Below are positions 8,926 to 18,197 of a stretch of DNA of 64,000 bases, in pieces; within the stretch, counting starts at the first letter, position 1, and every line of letters starts with the position of its first letter. The DNA lies in the IMG/VR virus record IMGVR_UViG_3300020578_000040, positions 1 to 64,000 of that record, one strand, 5' to 3'. This stretch comes from a virus. Position numbers and translations under genes: made by a program. The notes below the pieces were generated by a model. That model saw only the letters and a program-made list of their open reading frames with translations, was not told the DNA's origin and did no database searches.

Positions 8926-9456
8926 TCAGCCGGGGACAGGCCCCGAGAAGCGCCATGGACGCCATCCGCTGCCCTCCCACAGGCGGAGCGCGAAGGTCAG
9001 GTTCTTCTCGGCGTCGAACATGTCCTTGGGGTGGTTCCATCCCATGTCCGACAGCCACTTGCTATGAACCTTGTTGATTTGGGTCAAGCCGGCGTCAGCA
9101 CCGTTCCAGGCTTCTACCTGGCACCGTGATTCGCGCCAGATGACCTGGCTCAAGAACGACCATTCCTCTTCGGGCCAGCCGACCTGAATGGCTAGGTCGT
9201 GCCATTCCCCACACTTGCCATAGGTGAGGCGGGCCAGTCCCACCCAGTCGACACCGCTCAAGTCGGGGACCGTTGTGGTTGGGGCCGGCGGAACCGTCTC
9301 GGGAGCCGCCGTCGTAGTTGGGGCCGGCGCTGCAACGGTCGTGACTGGACTAACCGTCACCTCCGTCCGCTGTGAGTCGCCCTGAGGATTCGCGCATCCG
9401 GCGAGGGCGGTGATTGCAGCAATGGCAATAACGGTTTTGTTCAGTCTTCGGCGCAT
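8926..9456 (-). CDS. lipoprotein with lytic transglycosylase (SLT-like) domain
   Basis: Lipobox LAGC, Thr/Pro linker, WRESRC...DAGLTQIN. Confidence 0.8.
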   Translation of the reverse strand: MRRRLNKTVIAIAAITALAGCANPQGDSQRTEVTVSPVTTVAAPAPTTTAAPETVPPAPTTTVPDLSGVDWVGLARLTYGKCGEWHDLAIQVGWPEEEWSFLSQVIWRESRCQVEAWNGADAGLTQINKVHSKWLSDMGWNHPKDMFDAEKNLTFALRLWEGSGWRPWRFSGPVPG

Positions 9457-9609
9457 TGATATTTCCTTCTCTAGGGGACAGGGGCGAGCGGACTGGAAGG
9501 GTTAGGTGTCCGCCTATGGCAGTAGGTGATCCATCGAGTATACCATCTTTGCTTCGTAACGCAACGGCAACGTCCCATTAAATTGCTGTTGTCTATATAA
9601 CAGGATTTG

Positions 9610-9824
9610 AGCCCCGCTTTTTGTTTTCCGCTGGGATGGCTGTTGGGCCTCGATGATTTCCCACCATCATGGATTCTAGCCCCGCTCCCTCGATGAAAGC
9701 AATTCGACTGCCGGGGCTGCGAAGCGACACGCCACCACGGGGCTTGCGGCCGGCGAACCGCGCGTATCGCCCACACGCCGGCAGGATCGGCGCGTATCCC
9801 CGTTCACCCCGGATTCGCGCGTAT
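9610..9824 (+). repeat. regulatory module 1 (AGCCCCGC boxes + 3x GCGCGTAT)
   Basis: A boxes 9610, 9678, inverted 9711, 9737; B boxes 9760, 9790, 9817. Confidence 0.75.
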
Positions 9825-9859
9825 CTGGAGCCTCCCCCGCCCCCGACAGGCTCGCCCGC

Positions 9860-10035
9860 CCCCTGGGGGGTGCTGGGGGTGCTGGGGGCGTTACCCGCCC
9901 CCTGGGGGCGTTCTAGGGGGCGTTCTGGGAGGTCTGGGGCGCCCCTCTATGGGGGGGCGTTCTGGGGGGCGTTCTGGGGGGTCTGGGGGTGCTGGGGCGT
10001 TTCGGGGGTCTGAGCAGGGGAAACGCTGGGGGCAG
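9860..10035 (+). repeat. G-tract repeat (CTGGGGG units), G-quadruplex-prone
   Basis: About 10 runs of 4 or more G on the + strand at the strand-switch point. Confidence 0.7.
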
Positions 10036-10192
10036 ACGCGAAAGACAGGCAAGAAAGTGCCTCTGACCAGGGGTTTTGTTGATTGACTTGACACTTACAA
10101 CACCCAAGGGCTAAGGTGATGTTTGTCGGAGCACAGGGCAACGACACGGAGGGCACACACCCTCCGCCCTACAGAAAGGGAACGGTGTTCAC

Positions 10193-10303
10193 ATGGACCC
10201 CGAAGATTACGACCCCGATTACGAGGGTTACATCGCCGACCCGGAGGCGTTCATCATCGAACTCCTCGGAGAGGATGGGTGGGACATCGACCCCGAGGCG
10301 TGA
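10193..10303 (+). CDS. 36-aa highly acidic peptide (paralog of 10998..11126)
   Basis: MDPEDYDPDYEGYIADPEAFIIELLGEDGWDIDPEA; RBS AGAAAGGG; below ORF-track cutoff. Confidence 0.7.
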   Translation: MDPEDYDPDYEGYIADPEAFIIELLGEDGWDIDPEA

Positions 10304-10309
10304 GCCTCA

Positions 10310-10331
10310 GCCGGGGGGGAAACCCCCCGGC
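10310..10331 (+). terminator. GC hairpin with GAAA loop after gene
   Basis: GCCGGGGGG...CCCCCCGGC stem. Confidence 0.55.
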
Positions 10332-10450
10332 ACCCCGAACCACCCCAGGAGGGGGCTAGGCAGCCGACAGGCATGGGACCTAGTTCGACCGTTCGATTCG
10401 GCACTGGTTCACGATCGGGCACTCCCGCCCGACAGAAAGGAAAGAGACAC

Positions 10451-10564
10451 ATGGACACCTGCCACTACTGCGAGAGAATCCTCACCGATCACATCGTGAG
10501 GCACGGCGACTACCTCGCCTGCGAGACGTGCGAGGCCTGCGAGGAGCCAGAGTACGACGAGTGA
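10451..10564 (+). CDS. 37-aa Cys-rich (Zn-ribbon) peptide
   Basis: CHYC...CETCEAC; RBS AGAAAGGA. Confidence 0.65.
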   Translation: MDTCHYCERILTDHIVRHGDYLACETCEACEEPEYDE

Positions 10565-10635
10565 CCGCCTCGATCCCCCCTCACATCGAGGGGGGACAGG
10601 CACATCCCTGGTTACGCGCTGAGATCGAGGTCGAG

Positions 10636-10890
10636 AGCCCCGCACATAAAGGAAGGCAGGAAGCCCCGCGCTCACTCGACCAAGCGGGGCTGCGGCTCAC
10701 CGCGCGTATGCCGGCGCGTCCGCGTGTCGCGCGTATGCGTGAGTCACGGCGCGTATCGTGGCAGGGCAGGAACGGCGCGTATCTCGCCCCCTCTCCCCAC
10801 CCTCCCCATTCTATGGCGGCGACCCTCTCGCCGTCCACCGGACACCCTGCTAGGAAGGTCACGGTGAGCATAAGTCCTGCTAGATGGCAC
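10636..10890 (+). repeat. regulatory module 2
   Basis: A boxes 10636, 10662, inverted 10684; B boxes 10702, 10729, 10749, 10775. Confidence 0.8.
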
Positions 10891-10997
10891 ATTCTGAGCA
10901 TGATTTGACTCGTCCCCTTGGTGCTGATAGGTTCAGGGTTGTCGGAGCAACCGAGCAACGACACGGGACACACTCCCGAGACCACAGGAGGACGGAC

Positions 10998-11126
10998 ATG
11001 GGACCGGACTACTACGACGACGACTACGAGGGGAACCCCGATTACGAGGGTTACCTGCTCGACGGGGAGGCGTTCATCATCGCACTCCTCGGAGAGGACG
11101 GGTGGGACACCGACCCCGAGGAGTGA
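10998..11126 (+). CDS. 42-aa acidic peptide (paralog of 10193..10303)
   Basis: PDYEGY...EAFII.LLGEDGWD.DPE shared; RBS AGGAGG. Confidence 0.75.
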   Translation: MGPDYYDDDYEGNPDYEGYLLDGEAFIIALLGEDGWDTDPEE

Positions 11127-11220
11127 GCGGTCGGGGTGGGGGCGCAAGCCCCCGCCCCACCCCCTCGGGGAACTGTGCCACACCCTCATGACAGACTGAC
11201 CTCAACAGAAAGGAGCCACC

Positions 11221-11403
11221 ATGTGGCAGGAAGCAAGATGCAAGGGCAAGACCGAACTGTTCTTCGCCCCCCACGGGGAGCGCGAGCAGGCACGGAACGA
11301 GCGAGTGAGCAAGGCTCTCGCGCTCTGCGGAGTCTGCCCCGTCCGTCAGCAGTGTGCCGACGCGAAGGGCGACAACGAGGGAATCTGGGGTGGGGTCGCA
11401 TGA
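11221..11403 (+). CDS. whiB: short WhiB-like Fe-S protein
   Basis: Four Cys (C...CxxC...C) and GIWGG turn; lacks C-terminal helix. Confidence 0.8.
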   Translation: MWQEARCKGKTELFFAPHGEREQARNERVSKALALCGVCPVRQQCADAKGDNEGIWGGVA

Positions 11404-11456
11404 CCCCACCTCACCACCCCGGCAAGATCGAACACCCAACCCAGAAAGGAAACCCC

Positions 11457-11747
11457 ATGAAGAGCATCACTGTCAAAGACCGTGAGTACCCGATCGAGGA
11501 GGTCGAGGTCCCGGAAGGAACCCTGCGATTCGTCACCGCCACGGTGCAGTTCGACGACGACGACACGCCCCTCGATGGCGCGATCATCGCCATCGGAACC
11601 GAGTTCGACGAGTTGGTGACCGCAGAGGCGGCATCCGACGAACTGCTCCGGTTCGATTTGTCGATCTTCTTCTACTGCGCCGACGAGGACGAGTTCATCG
11701 ACCTGGCTGGGAACGGAGTCGCCGGCATGGAGTGGCGGATCGTCTGA
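11457..11747 (+). CDS. acidic hypothetical protein
   Basis: RBS AGAAAGGA. Confidence 0.7.
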   Translation: MKSITVKDREYPIEEVEVPEGTLRFVTATVQFDDDDTPLDGAIIAIGTEFDELVTAEAASDELLRFDLSIFFYCADEDEFIDLAGNGVAGMEWRIV

Positions 11748-11831
11748 CCGACTGGACAGGCTCCCCTGCCACTGCTAGAATCAGTGGTGGGGAAGCCGTC
11801 CCCCTACCTACTACCGAAAGAAAGGAACCCG

Positions 11832-11960
11832 ATGAACCGCAAGAAGTGGAACGAGCAAGATCGATTTGCTTTCGCTACCCAGCGTCTGCGAGCATCGACG
11901 ATGCCGAACAAGAAAGCACAGGCTCGCAAGAGTGCCTGTCGAAAGTGGAGGGCAGAATGA
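11832..11960 (+). CDS. 42-aa basic peptide
   Basis: RBS AGAAAGGA after promoter; MNRKKW...RKWRAE. Confidence 0.6.
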   Translation: MNRKKWNEQDRFAFATQRLRASTMPNKKAQARKSACRKWRAE

Positions 11961-12205
11961 ACTACTACCAAATCCGGGCGCTCGTCCGAGTCGTGTTCTG
12001 GGGAGCGGTCCTGTTCCTCGCCGGCACGGGGTGCGCGAAACTGGTCGAGATGGCTAGCCTCACCGCCGACAACCCGTGCGCGGTGAACGTGAACCGTGAC
12101 TTCACATGGACGACAAACGCGCCACTCAACATCGACCTGTGCGATCACCCCGAGGGGATCATGCTGTTCGATGACGGCCACTGGGAATGGGACTACGAGG
12201 GATAG
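11957..12205 (+). CDS. membrane-anchored hypothetical protein
   Basis: ATGA coupling, N-terminal TM. Confidence 0.6.
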   Translation: MNYYQIRALVRVVFWGAVLFLAGTGCAKLVEMASLTADNPCAVNVNRDFTWTTNAPLNIDLCDHPEGIMLFDDGHWEWDYEG

Positions 12206-12231
12206 GAGGCCTCGGCCCAACCAGGGCCGGA

Positions 12232-12520
12232 AGCCCCGCCTCGATCATTGTAACGACACATCGAGGTCGTAAGCCCCGCTCACGCTGGTGACCAGCGGGG
12301 CTCGAGGGCCGGCAGAGAATACGGGGCTCTCGCCCACCGCGCGTATCCTCGCTCGCCGTGAGCGCGCGTATCGCCAGACCGGCGCGTATGTACGGAACCG
12401 GCTGAAACCGCGCGTATCCCACCGGCTCGTCCTGTCCTATCTATGCCCCCCAACCTAGCAGACCGAGCCACGGTAGGCACAAGAGCAGGGGTTTCGGTGC
12501 GTTTGCCCTGCTAGATGGCA
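12232..12520 (+). repeat. regulatory module 3
   Basis: A boxes 12232, 12272, inverted 12295, 12321; B boxes 12339, 12364, 12382, 12410; CACGGTAGGCAC near 12469. Confidence 0.8.
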
Positions 12521-12596
12521 CGATTTGACTCGGCTCCTTAGGGCTGATAGGTTCAGGTTTGTCGGCAACACCGCCGACCGAAGCAAAGGAGCCACC

Positions 12597-12863
12597 ATGC
12601 TGTGGAGGCAGGTACTCACCACCATCCAGTCCGACGACCTGAGCGTCTGCCCGCCCGACCTGCGGGACGAGATTCGTCAGGCCTGTGACGAACTCATGGC
12701 CGTGAACGTGGGCGAACGCACCACCAGCGTCGGACTCACGACCCGTCAGGTGTTCGACCTCGCCCGTCGGTTCGCCACCTCGCCCGACCTCCGTGAGGAG
12801 TCGCTCATCTGGAAGCGGCACATCATCCGGCACTACTGCTGGGTCTACCGCCGACCGATTTGA
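12597..12863 (+). CDS. hypothetical protein
   Basis: RBS AAAGGAG; stop codon lies in the next -35 box. Confidence 0.7.
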   Translation: MLWRQVLTTIQSDDLSVCPPDLRDEIRQACDELMAVNVGERTTSVGLTTRQVFDLARRFATSPDLREESLIWKRHIIRHYCWVYRRPI

Positions 12864-12934
12864 CAGTCCCCTCTACCCCTGATAGGTTCAGGGGTGGAGG
12901 GAACACCACCCACCACCAACCCCGAAAGGAAGCC

Positions 12935-13147
12935 ATGCCCACCATGCCCATGCCCACCCTGTCCCCCGAGGCCGACGCTCGGCTCGTCATGCCCCGAGCG
13001 TACCTCGCTCAGGCTCGTTCCTACTGTGCCGAGGTGTACGCCGACGCTGACTCCACGCTCACCGAGAAGTGGGAGGCCTCAGCCCTGCTCGCCACGGCGG
13101 AGAGCAACTTCCGCACCGCCCTCACTCGGGAGTTGGTGGGGCGATAA
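12935..13147 (+). CDS. hypothetical protein
   Basis: RBS GAAAGGA. Confidence 0.65.
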   Translation: MPTMPMPTLSPEADARLVMPRAYLAQARSYCAEVYADADSTLTEKWEASALLATAESNFRTALTRELVGR

Positions 13148-13196
13148 GCCCCACCCACCCCGAACCCATCTCACCAACCCAGAAAGAGAGAAACCC

Positions 13197-13556
13197 ATGA
13201 CCACACTCACCCAGTCAGTCATCGACTACCTGAACGCCCGCAAGGCCTGCGAGGAAGCGGAGCAGGCGAAAGCCCGAGCCGAAGCCATGCTCCAGCAGGC
13301 CTACGCCAAAGCCGGCGTGGACTTCGCAGTCGTGGACGGCACGAAGGTCGCCATCGTCAGGGGCGAGCGTCCTAAGTACGACCCGACCCGACTGGCGGAA
13401 CTCGTCACCAGCGAGGTGTTCGCCAGCGTCACGAAGCAGGAAGTGGACGGCACGAAGTGGAAGGCGGCTCTGACCCTCGGGAACATCGCCCCCGAGGTGG
13501 CGGAAGCCGTGACCACGCTGACCACCTACCAGCAGGTGCGAGTCAGCAAGGTCTGA
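13197..13556 (+). CDS. coiled-coil protein, Gam/Gp157-like (paralog of 21896..22285)
   Basis: N-terminal helix plus beta region, KQxVD, QVRV shared with paralog. Confidence 0.6.
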   Translation: MTTLTQSVIDYLNARKACEEAEQAKARAEAMLQQAYAKAGVDFAVVDGTKVAIVRGERPKYDPTRLAELVTSEVFASVTKQEVDGTKWKAALTLGNIAPEVAEAVTTLTTYQQVRVSKV

Positions 13557-13665
13557 CCGAGGGACGGGGGGCGAAAGCCCCCCACCCTCCCCCGATTTGA
13601 CAGTCTCCCTTACCCCTGATAGATTCAGAGGTGAGGGGAAACCCCAACAGCAGAAAAAGGAAACC

Positions 13666-14100
13666 ATGACCACCATCACCCAGATCGCGAGCACGATCGA
13701 CGAACTTGTCCACCGAGAGTTGGGCGACAACCAGTTCGACATGTACAGTCGCCTGTATGTCACCGACCCCGATGGGGCTTGGATGATCGGACAGTCGCAC
13801 GACCCGTACGACATGTTCGACGGCGACACCGCCGTCACGCGCCCCCGTGGGGCGACCGCCGTGGGCTTCGTGTGTACGGGCTGGGCGGCTCCGATCACGG
13901 ACACGCCCACGGACACGCCCCCGAGCCAGAGTCCTGATCGTATCCGAGTGCGAATCACCGTCGCCTACAACGGCTCCGAGTGGACGACCGTAATGCGTCG
14001 CGAGGGCGAGAACACGCCGGACATCATGGAGGAAGCCGGAGCAGGCCCGCTTGCCGACGCAATCGAGTTCTGGTGGGCAGAGGCCGAGGTCGCCTTCTGA
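13666..14100 (+). CDS. hypothetical protein
   Basis: Promoter plus RBS. Confidence 0.7.
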   Translation: MTTITQIASTIDELVHRELGDNQFDMYSRLYVTDPDGAWMIGQSHDPYDMFDGDTAVTRPRGATAVGFVCTGWAAPITDTPTDTPPSQSPDRIRVRITVAYNGSEWTTVMRREGENTPDIMEEAGAGPLADAIEFWWAEAEVAF

Positions 14101-14170
14101 CCCACTCCGAGGCTGGGGGGCGCAAGCCCCCTAGCCACCCCAACATCAACTATCACCCCGAGAGGAACAC

Positions 14171-14377
14171 ATGAACATCACCATCACGACCACCACCGAG
14201 ACCCTTCAGAACATCGAGACCCTGCTCTGGGACTACGAGCGAGCGCTCGATGATCACCTGTACCGAATCTTCCCCGAGGCCTCGACCCGTCAGGCTCTGA
14301 ACGACATCCACACTCTGCGGGCCGACCTGAACCGAATGATCGGTCAGGCCGAGCGTCAGATTCTCGCCAAGCAGTGA
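14171..14377 (+). CDS. hypothetical protein
   Basis: RBS GAGAGGA. Confidence 0.65.
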   Translation: MNITITTTTETLQNIETLLWDYERALDDHLYRIFPEASTRQALNDIHTLRADLNRMIGQAERQILAKQ

Positions 14378-14393
14378 TCGAGGTGTAGTCCCC

Positions 14394-14603
14394 TCAGGCT
14401 TGAGCGTCCCACTTACCGAGTGGGCATCGGGCCGAGGGGACACGCACCTTGAGTGGCATCACGCACCCGCACTCACGGCACTGGCTCAGCGCATTGAGTC
14501 GATCGCAGTCCATACAGATCGCGAGCCGGCTCTCCTTGACCTCGTGTGATACGCGCACCCAGGGCAGTCGAAGAATGTCGAGTGGTGTCGCGTCGTCGTC
14601 CAT
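14394..14603 (-). CDS. small Zn-finger protein (CxxC...CxxCGC...CPLGKW)
   Basis: Common phage Cys-rich family; antisense to array. Confidence 0.75.
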   Translation of the reverse strand: MDDDATPLDILRLPWVRVSHEVKESRLAICMDCDRLNALSQCRECGCVMPLKVRVPSARCPLGKWDAQA

Positions 14604-14606
14604 GGA

Positions 14607-14820
14607 AGCCCCGCTTACTACAATAGCAGCAGAGCCCCGCGTGCATTCGTTCTGCCGGGGCTGCAGCGCGCGCGATCGCGCGTATCTCAGGATCGGCGCG
14701 TATCCCTGGGGCCGACGAGATTGGCGCGTATCTCCACCCTGCCGGCCCCATCTATGAAGGGCCGGCCCGGCCCCCTATCTATGGCCGGCCCCTATCTATA
14801 GGGCCACGGTTGGCACATGG
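14607..14820 (+). repeat. regulatory module 4
   Basis: A boxes 14607, 14633, inverted 14655; B boxes 14678, 14696, 14724; CCCC(T)ATCTAT x3; CACGGTTGGCAC. Confidence 0.8.
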
Positions 14821-14893
14821 CCGGTTTGACACCGACCCTTGGGACTGATAGGTTCAGGTTTGTCGGCAACCCCGCCGACTCAGAAAGGAAACC

Positions 14894-15037
14894 ATGACCA
14901 CCGACACCTGCGAACACTGCCAGGAAGAGCAAGGCCACTACAGAAAGTCGTTCGACACTGTGCTCTGCGACGAGTGCTTATGCGCTTGGGCAGACGGAGT
15001 GCGCGAGCGCGAGCGCGACCTCGACTGGGGAGACTGA
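14894..15037 (+). CDS. 47-aa CxxC...CxxC peptide
   Basis: RBS AGAAAGGA. Confidence 0.65.
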   Translation: MTTDTCEHCQEEQGHYRKSFDTVLCDECLCAWADGVRERERDLDWGD

Positions 15038-15042
15038 CAACC

Positions 15043-15207
15043 ATGCACACCATCAACCTCCGCGCTGGCGACAACTACCTCGTCCTGACGGACGACGAGA
15101 GCAACTTCGTGGACTTGTTCTACAACTACGAGCAGGCCCAAGAAGTTGCCAACCTGATCCTGGAGGAAGGCTCCAGCAAAGTCCAGGTCATCAGGATCAC
15201 CCTCTGA
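15043..15207 (+). CDS. hypothetical protein
   Basis: RBS GGGGAG. Confidence 0.6.
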   Translation: MHTINLRAGDNYLVLTDDESNFVDLFYNYEQAQEVANLILEEGSSKVQVIRITL

Positions 15208-15259
15208 CCAATCCCGGCCGGGGGCGCAAGCCCCCGGCCACCAAACAGAAAGAGAAACA

Positions 15260-15544
15260 ATGGGACACCAATCAGCAACCGAGATGGCAGGAATGCCGAT
15301 CAGCCTCGAACAGCAACTCACGTGGCACCTCACGTCGAACCACTACCCGCCGGTTCCGCTCAGCATGATCGAGCCGTGCATGAAGGCCATCGACGCGATC
15401 GTCATGGACGAGCCGAACACGCTCATCGAGTTGCCGGACGGAATCACCTACCGTGACTCGACTCACGCGCCGGCGTGGGCGATCGCGGAGGGTCACCACC
15501 TCCAAGCGTTCATCGACTCCTGCTTCGACGAGTACGAAGACTGA
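15260..15544 (+). CDS. conserved phage hypothetical protein (HLTSNHYPPVP)
   Basis: RBS; recognisable motif. Confidence 0.7.
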   Translation: MGHQSATEMAGMPISLEQQLTWHLTSNHYPPVPLSMIEPCMKAIDAIVMDEPNTLIELPDGITYRDSTHAPAWAIAEGHHLQAFIDSCFDEYED

Positions 15545-15616
15545 GTTGACAACCTCCCCTGCTACTGTAGATTCAGTAGCAGGGGGCCCAACCCCATCAA
15601 ACAGAAAGAAGGAATC

Positions 15617-15862
15617 ATGTCCGACCACATCCAGCGCATCCAGCCCATCCTGCCCAACGGCGCGATGTTCTCCATCGTGGAGTCGTTCGGCCGCAAAGAG
15701 GTGGCTGTTCTTCAGAACGACGAGTTCGTCTCGCCCACCGAGTGGGCCGACATCGACACCGGCGACGACATCGTACGCCTGTCCGACGTGGCCGACGAGT
15801 TGGCCGTGTACCTCATGAAGGCCATCTCGTGGGGCCTCAACAACACGGAGGTGGCGCGATGA
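15617..15862 (+). CDS. hypothetical protein
   Basis: Promoter plus RBS. Confidence 0.65.
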   Translation: MSDHIQRIQPILPNGAMFSIVESFGRKEVAVLQNDEFVSPTEWADIDTGDDIVRLSDVADELAVYLMKAISWGLNNTEVAR

Positions 15863-16089
15863 GCCTGGGCGCGCTCGCACAGGACATCCTCGACGACAAG
15901 TGGGTTCTCTGCTCGATCACGGAGGCTCTAGAGCACGCGCTCGATGAGCACCTGATCGACAGGACCTACCTCGTCTACGACGAAGCCGGCGACAGCAGGC
16001 CCGCCACGGACATCGAGTTTCTCATGGCGGTTCAGGAGATACTCGTCGCGCTCAATGCCGGCGCCATCGGCGACTCAGCCGTAGCATGA
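15859..16089 (+). CDS. hypothetical protein
   Basis: ATGA coupling, RBS GGAGG. Confidence 0.65.
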   Translation: MSLGALAQDILDDKWVLCSITEALEHALDEHLIDRTYLVYDEAGDSRPATDIEFLMAVQEILVALNAGAIGDSAVA

Positions 16090-16144
16090 GGTGAAGGGGG
16101 TCAGGGCAACCTGGCCCCACTCGCCCGCCCACCATCTGGGCTAG

Positions 16145-16380
16145 AGCCCCGTCCCCATACGAGGGTCGAGAGCCCCGCGCACATCGCTAGATGCGGGGCT
16201 GCCGAAGCAAATAACTAGCGGGGCTGCCGGCCAAAACCGCGCGTATCAAAACCGCGCGTATCAAAACCGCGCGTATCCCAGGATGGCGCGTATGCCGGCA
16301 CAGCGCGTATGCCCTCGCGCGTGCGCACGGTGTGCGTATGTGCGTGCGTGCGCCCGTTCCTCTCTCCCTCCACCACCTCG
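16145..16380 (+). repeat. regulatory module 5
   Basis: A boxes 16145, 16171, inverted 16193, 16218; B boxes 16239, 16254, 16269 (perfect 15-bp tandem), 16286, 16303. Confidence 0.85.
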
Positions 16381-16462
16381 GCCCGATTTGACAGCGACCC
16401 CTGGGGCTGATAGGTTCAGGGTTGTCGGGGAGAACGGCTCCCCAACAAGAAAGGAGCGCACA

Positions 16463-16783
16463 ATGCGCTGGAACGCAAGCACTCAGGACGTGGTGGACCA
16501 CCTCGTCTTCTCAGGAGCGGACACGTACGACTGGTATCGCCAGTTGGATGTGGACGGCGACGATGCCATCACCATCGGGATGGACGATCCGAACGACGAG
16601 GACGGTGCCATCTTCACGACGATGTCGGCTACCGCCATCCGCCGGCTGGCGGAGCAGTTCGTCAAGGAGGAGAAGCCCGGCTACCGGGTTGTCGCCCGGG
16701 CGATCCAGGACGACGACTTCGATTCGGACGCCGCCGACGTGGTCCTTCAGTGGGCTGTGTTCGGGACGCTCGTCTACGGCTGA
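16463..16783 (+). CDS. conserved phage hypothetical protein (D.DAADVVLQ..VFG.LVYG)
   Basis: C-terminal motif; RBS AGAAAGGAG. Confidence 0.75.
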   Translation: MRWNASTQDVVDHLVFSGADTYDWYRQLDVDGDDAITIGMDDPNDEDGAIFTTMSATAIRRLAEQFVKEEKPGYRVVARAIQDDDFDSDAADVVLQWAVFGTLVYG

Positions 16784-16856
16784 TTTGACTCAGCCCCCTG
16801 CCACTGATAGATTCAGTGGTGGGGGGCAACCCCACCAACAACAGAAAGGAAACCCA

Positions 16857-17216
16857 ATGAACATCCTGTTCATCCACGACGACTCCGAGCGAGGACTCGT
16901 CAATGTCCGCAACCTTGCGCCCGAGCACATCGACATCAACTCGATGGTCGGCGGTTGGTTCGACTGCGTACGGTCCCGTGACGGTGCGATCGTCGGGTAC
17001 GTCAATGACACCGGCTTGACCGATGGCATGGCGCCCAACCTCGTCGCATCGCTCCTGTTCGCTCGTCCGCTCTACGGTCCCTGCGTGGTCGTGGGCGGTC
17101 TCAACGAAGCCGGCGAGTACGACGGCGACAACCACGACGTGCCGGAGAGCGTCATCCGGGGAGTGCTCCCGCTGAACGACATCTTCCGGATGCGGCCCGA
17201 GTCCACCACGGTCTGA
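16857..17216 (+). CDS. DUF3846-like protein
   Basis: VGGWFD...YVNDTG...PN.VAS...GPCVVVG. Confidence 0.7.
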   Translation: MNILFIHDDSERGLVNVRNLAPEHIDINSMVGGWFDCVRSRDGAIVGYVNDTGLTDGMAPNLVASLLFARPLYGPCVVVGGLNEAGEYDGDNHDVPESVIRGVLPLNDIFRMRPESTTV

Positions 17217-17284
17217 TTTGACCGCTCCCCCTGCGCCTGATAGATTCAGGTGTGGGGGGAGAACAACCCCACAGAGAGGAACCC

Positions 17285-17464
17285 ATGACGAAGTTTTACA
17301 TGGTCGAATACATCGTCCGTACCTACGTCCACGCCGACGACTCAGATCAGGCGCGCGAACTGTCGGCACGAATGCTCGACGAGAAAGAAGCACGAGGCGA
17401 ACTCGCCCGCGAGTGTGTCGAACTCGACTGGTTCGAGTTGGACGAAGAAGGAGAGATGATCTGA
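17285..17464 (+). CDS. acidic hypothetical protein
   Basis: Promoter plus RBS. Confidence 0.65.
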   Translation: MTKFYMVEYIVRTYVHADDSDQARELSARMLDEKEARGELARECVELDWFELDEEGEMI

Positions 17465-17467
17465 ACC

Positions 17468-17701
17468 ATGTTCCGTGAACCAATCGAGGAGCCAGAGATG
17501 ACCAAACTCAACCCCCAGGAGCGAGCCCTGCTCATCCTGAACAACGCCAAGCGTGACATCACCAACATCATGGCTCTCCCCATGGAGGACTACGAGGTGA
17601 TCGAACGGCAACTACGTGACTCGATCGCGTGGCTCATGTCGGGAAGCCGGCACAGGCCTCTGATCCGCGTCGCCTTGACAAAGGGCGAAGAGCCCTTCTA
17701 A
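17468..17701 (+). CDS. hypothetical protein
   Basis: Operon packing. Confidence 0.55.
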   Translation: MFREPIEEPEMTKLNPQERALLILNNAKRDITNIMALPMEDYEVIERQLRDSIAWLMSGSRHRPLIRVALTKGEEPF

Positions 17702-17743
17702 CATCAACCAACAGCAACACCCACCTATAGAAAGGAACTACAA

Positions 17744-17953
17744 GTGGAAGCAACAGAAACCAAGAAGAAGATCACCGATACGAACCTCGATGAGTTTAAG
17801 CACCGAATGGGCACCATCGACGTGGAGGGACTGATCGTCTCGATCACCGTGACGGACGCTCGATTCCGCTACGGACACATCGACCTTAAGGTCACGCCCA
17901 TCTCGGGCCGTGGCGAGCGTTGGGTCGAGAGCACCAAGGTGACTCTGATCTAA
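17744..17953 (+). CDS. hypothetical protein
   Basis: RBS AGAAAGGA, GTG start. Confidence 0.65.
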   Translation: MEATETKKKITDTNLDEFKHRMGTIDVEGLIVSITVTDARFRYGHIDLKVTPISGRGERWVESTKVTLI

Positions 17954-18181
17954 TCAGAACAGAGTTAGAGACATGTCAGGGGGGTTGTCTTTCAGATCAA
18001 CACAGGTCTGACAGGCAACCCCGCCGATCATCTTCAGCATCTTCACATCGCCGGCATTGAGTTTGCCCTTCTTCGTGATGCGGGTATAGCCCTCGATGCG
18101 CAGCCACACGTCCTTCTCAATCCGAAGAATGTCGCGGCCACACAGGTCGCACTGATACAGCGGGGGAAGATGTCCGTCCAT
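17954..18181 (-). CDS. small CxxC...CxxC protein, antisense to array
   Basis: CDLC...CQTC. Confidence 0.6.
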   Translation of the reverse strand: MDGHLPPLYQCDLCGRDILRIEKDVWLRIEGYTRITKKGKLNAGDVKMLKMIGGVACQTCVDLKDNPPDMSLTLF

Positions 18182-18197
18182 CGCTCAATCGTATCGA

